Shown here: one piece after another, positions 9,880 to 20,286 of the stretch
How positions within the stretch are numbered: position 1 is the first letter of the stretch
How the letters are laid out: every line of letters starts with the position of its first letter
Assembly: GCF_006345805.1 (NCBI RefSeq)
Contig: NW_021836921.1
Coordinates: 1-21,726, forward strand
DNA length: 21,726 nucleotides
Direction of reading: 5' to 3'
From: Octopus sinensis
Lineage: Eukaryota
Notes under the pieces: model-generated
Told to the model about the DNA's origin: nothing
Databases searched by the model: none
Seen by the model: only the letters and a program-made list of their open reading frames with translations
Translations under genes and position numbers: made by a program

Positions 9880-10530
9880 AGATTTGTAGAATCGATAGCC
9901 TGATAGAGCACGTGGCTTCCGCTGTTTTATTTGATGGGATCGATAGAACAACTGACCACATGACTTCCGGTAATGTAGTTACGGAAATCAATAGGGAGAC
10001 AGAACACTTGACTTTCGGTATTTTCATAGAATCGGTAGAATGGTAGACCACATGACTTTCGGTATTATAGATCCTGAAATCAATTTAGCGACACACCACA
10101 TGACTTCCGGTGTTTTTGTTAAAAGAGCCAAAACAATGGCTAACCACGTGATTTCTTGTACTTTAATTGAAAAAATATATAGAGCAGCGTACTATATAAT
10201 TATTTTACTGACCAGAATCAATAGAACAGTAGACTATATAACTTCCGGTACATAATAGAATCGGTAGAACAGCAGACCATACGGCTTTCAATACTATCAA
10301 CACCCATAAAGCAGTTAACCACATGGATTCTGGTTTTTATTCATTAGGATTGAAAGGGCGATAAGCCACATGACTTCCGGGTCTTAGATTACAAAATCAA
10401 CAACCTCTGAGGGTTTGACAGAAGGGTAGATCACATGATTTCTGGATTTCCGGTTTTCAGTCACTGAATTCGTTAGAGCTGCAGACCATAGAAGATGGCT
10501 AAAGCAGCTGACCATGCGATTTCTGGTATT
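9880..10530 (+). repeat. Degenerate minisatellite, ~14 units of mostly 42-48 bp, core GACCACATGACTTCCGGT
   Basis: Core hexamer (CACATG or variant) starts at 9909, 9957, 10005, 10049, 10097, 10145, 10193, 10235, 10278, 10320, 10367, 10432, 10487 and 10513. It is usually preceded by gaatc(g/a)(a/g)tagaac. Confidence 0.85.
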
Positions 10531-10636
10531 GTAAACTCCAGTTTTGTCGAGGTGGACTTACATTTTAATTGATCAAGATCCTTATCTACCAGTCAATGGC
10601 CAGTGGTCAGGACTTTCGTAGTTATTTATGCGTCAC

Positions 10637-10886
10637 TTTCTTACACAGATACTAAGGCAAAAAGGATTACCAAATATGGAAAACCCCTTACTAAGAAAAA
10701 TAGTAAAACAAAAAAATACAAAAAAAACAACTTAATTCCAATATCATCTGAAAGATATGCTCATAGCTATGTATATGAAGACCACAGAAGACGCTGTCAA
10801 CATCACCTCAACTCTAAGGATAGCAAAAAAGAGGAACCCAAAGGGACATGGCTGCATGATATATGCCTTAGTATCTGTGTATGAAA
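10637..10886. mobile_element. Putative MITE with terminal inverted repeats
   Basis: tttcttacacagatactaaggca (10637-10659) is inverted at 10864-10886 (22/23 match, 18-bp perfect core). It can be read as TA-CACAG...CTGTG-TA. Confidence 0.5.
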
Positions 10887-11068
10887 CGATACCTCTCCCA
10901 AAAGGATTTTCATACTTGAGAGCATGTGCCATTGTCATGATGACATGTAGTTCTTTTCCCCCATGAAACTGCATTTCTATTCCATACAGATAAATGGGGG
11001 ACAATTTAATGACAATATTCGAACTGCATATATTCTGATCTTCTGCCAATATATAATTCTTCCTCTTA

Positions 11069-11695
11069 CTCCTCCTCCTCCTCCTCCTCCTCCTCCTCCT
11101 CCTCTTCCTCTCCTCCTCCTCCCCCTCCCCTCCTCCTCCCCCTCCCCTCCCCTCCCCTCCTCCTCCTCCCCATCCCCTTCAACCCCCGCTCCTCCTGTTC
11201 CATCTCTTTCTCTTGTACACCCTTCCTCTTTCGACCTTCACCGTCCGCCTCCTTGTGCTCCTCCCTCAACCACCTCTTGCCCTTCCTCTCATCCTCTCTT
11301 TCCTTTCCTCCTCTTCGTTCTCTCCTTTTTCTCCACTTTGTTCTTCCCCCTTCTTTTTCTCTGCATTTTTCTCTTTTGTATCTGCTGCTTAATCTTTCCC
11401 TACTACTACTACTACTACTACTACTACTGCTGCTGCTGCTGATGCTGCTACTGCTGCTGCTACTGCCACTGCTGCTGCTGCTACTACTACTACTACTATT
11501 ACTACTACTACTACTACTATGCTGCCATCGCCTTCATCCCAACCATTACCACTACCACAAACACTAGCACCACCACCATCATCACCACGGTGACTACGAC
11601 AATGACGACGACGACGACGACGACCACCACCACCATCACCACCACAACCACCCACAACCATCACCACAACCAACGCAACCACCGCCCTCACCACC
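11069..11695. repeat. Polypyrimidine (CCT)n tract, then (CTA)n/(CTG)n and (CCA)n/(CGA)n
   Basis: Direct inspection. Confidence 0.95.
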
Positions 11696-12192
11696 AAGAT
11701 TGGAAGAATTTCGTTTCAGGAATTTGGTTTCAAAGATTGCGTACAATGTCGTTGGTCGCTTTGATGCATTATATCATTTCACGACAATTTATTATAATTT
11801 ATTATAATTAATATATATACATATTTGTGCGAAATTCCATCTTGAGACACAGATGATCTTTTGGGTGCAGCAGGATGAGACGTGACTGAAAGTAACTGGG
11901 TACTTTCTGGTTAGTCATTTGCATCTGATATACGCCTCCAAGTTCCATCTTGCACCACTCACTCACTCTCTCTTTCATTCTCTCATACACGCGCATCGGT
12001 GGTTCTGTCTGCTGCGCTTCAGTGTTCGAACAGAAACTGCGCCGCCGTTCTTCTGGGGTATACAAAAAGAGTGTTTTGGCTAGAGATTTTGGTGGCCTTT
12101 GGCTAAATTTCACAAATAGGGAGGAAGTAGGAACGTGGAAGATTACAACAAAATTTAGGTTCAATCAGTTATTTAGTAATAAAGAATAAAAG

Positions 12193-12231
<39 letters not shown>

Positions 12232-12454
12232 TCTCTCGCTCTTTTTCCTATCTTTTCTCTCCCCCTCCTCGTATACTTCAGTCCATACACACACACACGC
12301 ATATATACATATACATAAATTATTATGGCTGTTCCCTCGTTATCGAGTATGGCCATTGCACGAAGCTTAACTGTTACTGGTGCTGTGATCGAATGTGACT
12401 TTTTAGCCAGCTAAAGATCTACAATGTGTTGTACAAAATTGGCAACTAAAACCT

Positions 12455-12563
12455 ATACATAAATACATACATACATACATACATACATACATTCATACAT
12501 ACATACATACATACATACGTAATACATACATACATTCACACACACACACACACATATATATAT
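12455..12563. repeat. (TACA)n/(CA)n microsatellite
   Basis: Direct inspection. Confidence 0.95.
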
Positions 12564-12566
12564 GTA

Positions 12567-12900
12567 GGTATCAGATTAGAGGGGTTTAATACCTCTAAGG
12601 GATAATGAAATCCAAAGTCGCTCCTGGCTATTAGCTGGGTAGGTACAGTCTTTTGAAAGATTGCACGGTAGCAAGTGGTTCAGTTGGTAAACCTAAGTTA
12701 TATAAGAGAAGAAACAAAAATGGATATAATAACAATGGGAAACTCATGGTTTTTCTCTGGTATGTCTTTAATCAAATAAGTAACAAACAAGTAAGAAGCC
12801 GAGATGAGGGTGGCATTTACGATCGTTTCGATTTACTGGAGTAAGTAAATCTCTTCAGAATGCGAGTATAGATAGATGCATCGGTTAGGATGCGAAAATG
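12567..12900 (-). mobile_element. Probable Penelope-like element terminal repeat (pLTR) or retrozyme-like remnant carrying a hammerhead ribozyme
   Basis: Unique-looking non-coding block that contains a PLE-type minimal hammerhead and runs into a microsatellite. Boundaries are approximate and inferred. Confidence 0.5.
12813..12863 (-). ncRNA. Minimal type I hammerhead ribozyme
   Basis: Minus strand: GCAUU-CUGAAGA-GAUUUACU-uacucc-AGUAAAUC-GAAA-C-gauc-G-UA-AAUGC. It has a perfect 5-bp stem I, a perfect 8-bp stem II closed by G-C, complete CUGANGA/GAAA/UH boxes, palindromic ACGAUCGU as stem III and the cleavage triplet GUA. Confidence 0.9.
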
Positions 12901-13083
12901 ATTGATACATATGTGATGGTAATGTAAACAAATTGGTAATTCTTACATTAAATTTTGTTCTTGCGCTGGTAAATCCACTGGGTAGATGTTTGCTTGTGGT
13001 AGATTTGTTAATCTCGTTGGGTAATTAGGGTGGGGCGAATATTATTTAGGTGCAAGCTACTTCGTTTAATTAAGCACATTACC

Positions 13084-13360
13084 CAGAATCGTTAACACGC
13101 TGGACGAAATGCATAGCGGTATTTTGTTTGCCGCTACGTTCTGAGTTCAAATTTCGCTGATGTCGACTTTGTCTTTCATCTTTTCGGGGTCGATTAAATA
13201 AGTACCAGTTTCGCACTGGAGTCGATATAATCGACTTAATCTCTTTGTCTGTCCTTGTTTGTCCCCTCTGTTTGTAGCCTCTTGTTTGTCTAACCACTTC
13301 AAGGCAGTTCCCTTGCATGGCCGCAGTCCAATGACAGAAACACGCAAAGATAAAAGATAA
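13084..13360 (+). mobile_element. SINE family A body (head truncated) joined to the family B 3' tail
   Basis: 13084-13285 matches a unit of 4395-5210. 13300-13360 (aaggcagttcccttgcatggccgcagtccaatgacagaaac..gataaaagata) matches the tail at 6490-6555. Confidence 0.88.
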
Positions 13361-13390
13361 ATAAACACGCGCATATAAGCAGGCTTCTAC

Positions 13391-14298
13391 GTATGTATGT
13401 GTGTATGTATGTGTGTATGTATGTATGTATGTGTGTGTGTATGTATGTGTGTGTGTGTGTATGTATGTATGTGTGTATGTATGTGTGTATGTATGTATGT
13501 ATGTATGTATGTATATATATGTGTGTGTGTATGTATGTATTTATGGACGTATGTGTGTATGTATGTATGTATGTATGTATGTATGTATGTGTGTATGTAT
13601 GTATGTATGTATGTATGTGTGTATGTATGTGTGTATGTATGTATGCATGTATGTGTGTATGTATGTATGTATGTATGTATGTATGAATGTATGTGTGTCT
13701 GTATGTATGTATGTATGTCCGTATGTGTGTATGTCTGTATGTATGTATGTTGTATGTTATGTATGTATGTGTATGTATGTGGGTGTATGTATGTATGCAT
13801 GTATGTGTGTATGTATTATGTATGTATGTATGTATGTATGTATGTATGTATGTGTATGTATGTACGTATGTATGTAAGTATGTATGTATGTGTGTATGTA
13901 TGTATGCATGCATGTATGTATGTATGTATGTATGTATGTATGTATGTATGTGTATGAATGTATGTATGTATGTATTTATGTATGAATGCATGTATGTATG
14001 TATGTGTGTATGTATCCGTCTGTGTATGCATGTATTTGTGTATGTATGTATTTATTTGTGCATGTATGCGCGTGTACGTATGTATGGGTGTATATGTGTA
14101 TGTATTTATTTGTGCATGTATGCGTGTATTTATGTATGTGTATATATATATATGTACGTAAGTATGCTTGTAAGTATGTATGTATGCACGCGTGTGTGAG
14201 TGTGTATGTATTCATGTATGTTGTGTATGTATGCATGCATTAATGTATATATATATATGCGTGTGTGTGCGTGCGTGTGTGCATGTGTCTGTGTATTC

Positions 14299-14329
<31 letters not shown>

Positions 14330-14345
14330 CACACACATACATACT
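13391..14345. repeat. ~950 bp (TATG)n/(TG)n microsatellite
   Basis: Direct inspection. Confidence 0.98.
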
Positions 14346-14664
14346 ATGCGCAACAATGTTTGACGCATATGTTTCACGTGTATAATATCAAGATGACAGC
14401 AACGTGCAGGCGTCTGACAGGTTTGACAAAATGGGTCTCGAGAGCGAACACAACGAGAAGAAGAAACCATATTTGTCAAGTGGAAGACACTTTACTTAAT
14501 TGTCAAGATTATGTCTCGAAGCCATGAATGCTATAAGTGCCTCGTGCTCACCACTGAACTGGAATTATTCCAGTGGCTCGAGATACAATAGATTATTTCC
14601 AAGCAGAAAATGAGCTGAGAGATAAGGAAGTAAGATTCTGTTCTCGAGAACAAAGAAAGAAGTT

Positions 14665-14992
14665 CTTTATTTTTTCTTTTAAGTGCTTTAGTCATTGAAA
14701 TGCGGCCATGCTGGAACACTGCTTTGAAAAGTTTTAGTCGAAAAAAATCGATTCGAATGTTTTATTTACAGGGCCGTTTATTCTATTGACCCCCTTGGCC
14801 GAAATGCAAACATTAAGGGGGTGTAAACAAACCGATACCGAGTTTCAAGCGGTGATGGAAGACAAGCACAAATACAAAGACACGGATGAACGCGCACACA
14901 CACACACACACACACACACGACGGTCTCCGCACACTTTTTGTCTACTAGACCCACTCACACGGCTTTGGTCGGCCCAAGGATATAGTAGAAG
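14665..14992 (-). mobile_element. Diverged SINE family B copy lacking the tRNA head
   Basis: Reverse complement of the 6240-6550 region: tagtcattgaaatgcggccatgctggaacac, ttattctattgac, gtaaacaaacc, internal (CA)n, cactcacacggctttggtcggcccaaggatatagtagaag. Confidence 0.82.
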
Positions 14993-15138
14993 CTATGTGA
15001 GTGAATCTGGTAGACGGAAACTGTGAAGACTATTGTATTTGTGTGTGTGTATGCATGAATGTATATATATGTGCACACACACACGCACACACACACACAC
15101 ACAGACACACACACACACATATATATATATATAAGGTC

Positions 15139-15255
15139 TGTATATAAGAATTTTTTGCGTAATGATATAAAAAAATAAGGCTGTGTAGATAAATGTTCCA
15201 ATATCTACACAGCCTTGGTTTTTTATATTTCATTACGCAAAAATTCTTATATACA
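15139..15255. repeat. Long inverted repeat or foldback element (~53 bp arms, 10 nt loop)
   Basis: tgtatataagaattttttgcgtaatgatataaaaaaataaggctgtgtagata pairs with tatctacacagccttggttttttatatttcattacgcaaaaattcttatataca. The loop is aatgttccaa (15192-15201). Confidence 0.92.
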
Positions 15256-15425
15256 CACGCTGACATAGAACCAACGTTGAACCCCTTATTCGCAAAATTA
15301 CCGAAGCTGGAACTTAACTATGGTCTGTCTATAGCACTTATTCAGCATTACCTGACACCTTTGGGTCTCAATGACACCATTACCTCTTATAACCTATATA
15401 TATATAAACGTATATATACAAAAGT

Positions 15426-15753
15426 CTAAGAACCCTTCGGTCAAGAGTGACCATGAGATTACACCTAGGAAGTTCTTCTTCAAAACACAAGTTAGGGCAA
15501 TGCTTTTTGTATAAGACCAGCAGTCGCCCATGCGTGCCAGCCTCTCCTCTCCATGCCACTGATGTTATCCAAAGGAGAAACAAAGGCCGATACAGCTCGG
15601 CACCAATGGCGTTGCAAGCTCATTTCTACAGCTGAGTGAACTGGAGCAAAGTGGAATAAAGTGTCTAGCTCAAGAACGCAAAAAACACAGCCCGGTGCGG
15701 GATTCGAACTCACAACTCACCGACGCTGTAACCACTGAGCCATACAGCTTCAC
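15426..15753 (-). mobile_element. tRNA-derived CORE-like SINE, family D, with probable LINE (RTE-like) tail
   Basis: Minus strand has A-box TGGCTCAGTGG, B-box GTTCGAATCCC and CORE-like gttcttgagctagacactttatt..cactcagctgtagaaatgag. The tail assignment is from memory. Confidence 0.85.
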
Positions 15754-15756
15754 TTT

Positions 15757-16045
15757 GTGTGTGTGTGTGTGCGTGCGTGCGCGTGCGCGTGGTGTCTATG
15801 TTTCAACTAAGGAGCTTAGGATTGACTCACGTGACTAGAGATTCATGCTGAACTACTTGAGATATAAAACCTATCTCTCTATCTATTTATGTATACGCGT
15901 GTGTATGTGTGTGTATGATATGCAAGTACGCATGTATGTCTGGATGTGTTTGTGTGCATGTGTGTATATATATGTGTATATGTATATATGTATGTATATA
16001 TGTATATATATGTGTGTGTGTATTATGTATGTATGTGTGCGTGAA

Positions 16046-16077
<32 letters not shown>

Positions 16078-16183
16078 ATATATATATATATGTATATATA
16101 TATGCATATATGTATATATATGTATGTGTGTATTATCTATGTATGTATGTATGTATGTATATATATATATGTGTATATATATA

Positions 16184-16218
<35 letters not shown>
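15757..16218. repeat. (TG)n/(TA)n/(TATG)n microsatellite block
   Basis: Direct inspection. Confidence 0.93.
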
Positions 16219-16666
16219 GTACACATACCCAGACTCTCCACTTGCAAAACAGATACTTATCATGACATTTAAGCAAACTACTTAATATGCTCACATACAA
16301 CAGAGCCATTACGTAACCAACTCCACCCCACTCCGCCCCGCTCCGACCTAGTCCACCCTACTCCAAGAACCTTCTCCCTCACCAAAAACCTGGTCTCAAA
16401 AAAAAAACAAAAAAAAACAAAAAAAGAGTTAGAAGGGGAGATAAAAAAAATAAGGTCAGTCGATTGCAGCCAGCACAGTTCTTCAGACACATTGTCTTAA
16501 ATAGACGGATGACTGTTATTGCTGCAAGATGTAGTAATGTGACAGCAAGCCTATTGCCGTTTAATCTGAACAACGTAAGCAGCTGTTAGGAATAAGGCAA
16601 AACTTCCGCATGGGTTAAAAAGGTTTGTTTGTGTGTGTTGCAATCCTTGCTTCTACTGCTTTTAGT

Positions 16667-16761
16667 TTTTACTTGTCTTGTTTCAGTCGTTTGACTGCGG
16701 CCATGCTGTGGCACCGCCTTGAAGAATTTTATCAGTCGAACGAATATCGACCCCCAGTACT
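16667..16761 (-). mobile_element. SINE 3' tail fragment (family B tail)
   Basis: tgtttcagtcgtttgactgcggccatgctgtggcaccgcctt is the reverse complement of 6490-6531. It is followed by (ACT)n. Confidence 0.85.
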
Positions 16762-17264
16762 ACTACTACTACTACTACTACTACTACAATAATTTCAATG
16801 CCATGATTAGCGAAAGCGGAACCGGTCGACAAACATTACTCTTTCACTTATAAAATATGTCAACAAATATATTAAAAATATGTAAACTGTGAGCATTTTC
16901 TTTCTTTTTTCCAAGGGTGGATTGGCGATGAGTTGTGAAGCGGTGTAAGGGCAGATTCTCATAAGGGGGCCTGTATGTACGTGCGAAGGGCTGTGTGTAT
17001 GTATGTACAAGTTAGAATGGACTAGAGTGTGAGTGAGGGCGGTTGGAGGAAAGATGTAGCCTCTGTGTGTGTGTGTGTATATGTGAGTGCGCGAATAGGC
17101 GTATATATGCGTCTGAGTGTGCATTTGTGCTTCTGTATGTGAATATATGTGTGTATGTGCGTGTCTGTGTGTGTGGTTTTACATTGAACATTATCAGAAG
17201 GATTATAGTAAATATTTAGACAGATCCTACTTGAAAGTTTGGAGAAAGTCAGAACACACAAACA

Positions 17265-17300
<36 letters not shown>

Positions 17301-17489
17301 GATAAGATAAAAACAAAGCAAATAACAAAAGGAAATATCAGCAACGAAGGAGAATTGTTATTTGTTTTTGGCTTTTTACTAACGCTGTTTTTGTTTTTTT
17401 TTGTCTATCTGTCATGTCTCGCCTATATTTCTTCTTTCTCCTCTTCTTTCTTCTATTCATATTCTTCGTTTGTCATTCTCCTACTCCTT

Positions 17490-17526
17490 CTCATCATCAT
17501 CGCCATCATCATCATCATCATCATCG

Positions 17527-17616
<90 letters not shown>

Positions 17617-17653
17617 CCAACCACCATCATCATCATCATCATCATCATCATCG

Positions 17654-17692
<39 letters not shown>

Positions 17693-17699
17693 CCACCAC

Positions 17700-17734
<35 letters not shown>

Positions 17735-17872
17735 CAATTCTCCTCCTCATCATCGTATCCTTCTCTCATCAATGTAATTTTGATTATGAACATACTCATG
17801 TTCACGATCACGATAATGATGATGATAATGATGATGATGATGATCCACCATCACCATCACCACCACCATCAC
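17490..17872. repeat. (CAT)n tract followed by short (GAT)n and (CAC)n
   Basis: Direct inspection. Confidence 0.97.
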
Positions 17873-18019
17873 TAACAACCATACGTATTTGATTGTGACT
17901 GGCATTTATTCCCCCACCCTTCACCCTGCAACGAAAGAAAATAAGGACAACAGTTCAACGCCAGTTGATAACAGAAAGGAGTAAGATGGCATTTGTTTAA
18001 ACTTTGAAATATGAACAAT

Positions 18020-18195
18020 TGTTCCTAATTGAGGGCGAAGCCTAACAATTTTGAAGAGGATGGAGTTAGTCGATGTCATCAACCCAAGTACTTGACCGGT
18101 ACTTCATTTCATGGACTCCGAAAAAAGTGAAAGGCAAAGTTAAGCTGGATGGGATTCGAACCAGGAGCGTTGGGAAACGCGACACGCACCGCAAG
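18020..18195 (-). mobile_element. Degenerate SINE family A-related copy
   Basis: agtcgatgtcatcaacccaagtacttgaccggtacttcatttcatggactccgaaaaaagtgaaaggcaaagtt and gggattcgaacc (B-box on the minus strand). Confidence 0.7.
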
Positions 18196-18584
18196 AAATA
18201 GTAGAAAATTTATTTATAAATACTTTGGCTACAAGGAATCGATATTCTTGGTTATTCTTATATTTTGCGATAAAGTACTATGCGACATCAAAAGACACGG
18301 GTCACTTTCTTTCTTCGCAAAACACTATGAAATGATGTATTTTACCAAAGTTATCGGGAATCTGTTGCTGACAGCTAAGTGAAAAGAGATGGGTTGAACT
18401 AGGCGTACTGGCCAAATACTGACCGAAATACTGGTCGAGGGCTTTCATGACAGTTAAGGAAAGCGAGGTACATAAAATTGGGCGTTCTGACCCAATGCAG
18501 GCTAAAGCTTTATCATGAAATCCAGGCAAAAGGTGCTCTGTAGAATTAGTTACATCGGCCAAAATGTCCACACTGTAGTATTTC

Positions 18585-18789
18585 AACTTTGTCTTTTATC
18601 AATGCGAGGTCTATAAAATTCTATGAAGTACCAATTTCTGAGGTCTATGGCATCGACTAATCCCTCTCCCTCAAAACTTCTGGTCTTTTGCCTGAATTAG
18701 AAGCAATTACTATTGTTTCAAACATTAGGGCGGTAAGCTGGCAGAATCGTTAGCGCATCAGGCAAAACACTTAGCGGCATTTCGTCCAT
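18585..18789 (+). mobile_element. Degenerate SINE family A body/tail B (18585-18710) followed by an isolated family A head (18728-18789)
   Basis: caactttgtcttttatc..aagtacca..atcgactaatccctctccctcaaaacttctggtcttttgcc, then ggcggtaagctggcagaatcgttagcgc..cttagcggcatttcgtc. Confidence 0.72.
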
Positions 18790-19484
18790 TTTTGCCTCCG
18801 GTGTGTGTGTATGTGTGTATGTATGTGTTTGTATGCAGATGTATGTGCGTGTGAATGTATGTGTGTGTGTGAATGTATGTGTGTGCGTGTGAATGTATGT
18901 GTGTGCGGTGAATGTATGTGTGTGTATGTGTGTGGTGGAGATATTTGCACATAATCGAGTGATGTAAACACCACCGCGAAAACAAATGAAACACTACTTT
19001 CAAAACTGTAATATTTGTTCCGCCCGAGTTACATAGATAATCCTTTGTCGCTTTTACCATCGTTAAAATGCAGTGAATCAAGGATTAACTATTTGGAAAA
19101 CTGCATCCAACGATGCTATTTTTTTTTTACAAAAATCATACAGAATAAAGAAAAAAAATACAGTTGGGCGGAGATGATGGCAATTGCATGGCATACACCC
19201 ATGGTGCAACGAACACCTGGGGCGTAACGGAATGTGAGATTCGAGCGAGGAAGGGTGTCCCATTTGCTACTACCCACAGGCAAGCATAACTCATATCATT
19301 GATATGTTGGTAAAATACGGGTATATCTTAATTTAATGTGCTCTTAGTAATACTATCCGACTGCACACACTTCCGTCTATTCATTGCAAGTGCATATGGT
19401 GCACTTTTATGATTTCACATGTGTTGCTGTAAACGATGCATAAAAAAACACATATGGGTTATTGCTTAAGAATACACAAACGCC

Positions 19485-19622
19485 CACACCCACACACACA
19501 CGTACCTATATACATAGGTAAATACACGTACACACACACATATATATATACATACTTCTGTATTGTGTATATGTATATATATATGTGTGTAATATAATTT
19601 ATACGCTATATACATACATACA

Positions 19623-19654
<32 letters not shown>

Positions 19655-19858
19655 CACATATATATTAATATATATATATATCTATTTACACACACACACA
19701 CACATATATATATATTATATCTATATATATATAATATATATATATATATAATACATCAATACATACATCTACATATATTATTATATATATATATATATAT
19801 ATATATTTACACGTACTCAAACTGGTACGGGTACACACATGATCTCACAACAGTGTAG

Positions 19859-19893
<35 letters not shown>

Positions 19894-20110
19894 CATACAT
19901 ACATACATACATACATACATACATTCATGCATGCATACATACATTCATGCATGCATACATACACATACGTCGTACACATATACATATACACACACAAACA
20001 TAATCTTACTCATGCACCATATATGTACGTAAAATACGTCCTCTTTAGGTTGGCATATATATATATAAAGAGGCTTTCTAGATATACTCTTACATTTTGT
20101 ACTACTACTA

Positions 20111-20192
<82 letters not shown>
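19485..20192. repeat. (CA)/(TA)/(TACA)n block and (ACT)n(GCT)n(ACT)n tract
   Basis: Direct inspection. Confidence 0.93.
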
Positions 20193-20286
20193 ATGCCAGC
20201 AATATAACCATGGCCGTCAACCTTGTAAAATACTATTTCACATATTAGTACTATAGCTTCATCCATTAGTGTTGTATACCCTCTTA

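Noticed and set aside
9880-10530. CRISPR array interpretation of the repeat/spacer pattern
   Set aside because: Repeats are degenerate, variable parts are short and irregular, no cas genes are present and the context is eukaryotic.
10744-11049. 101-aa minus-strand ORF with ordinary composition
   Set aside because: No recognisable domain, it overlaps the putative MITE end, and no splice context is evident.
15690-15753. tRNA gene (A and B boxes present); likewise at 4395, 6150 and 20681
   Set aside because: No complete cloverleaf. Each continues directly into a SINE body, so these are tRNA-derived SINE heads.
16318-16366. C-rich pentamer-like repeat with a GC box (ccgccc)
   Set aside because: Short and degenerate, with no other promoter evidence.
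16450-16490. Second hammerhead candidate (CTGAAGA on the minus strand); also ctgaaga at 2152 and 6289
   Set aside because: No properly placed stem II plus GAAA/UH box and no stem I.
277-20256. Dozens of ORFs rich in YI/CV/HT/MY or poly-H/D/S/I/M/T
   Set aside because: They are translations of di-, tri- and tetranucleotide microsatellites that lack stops in several frames. There is no protein-like complexity.
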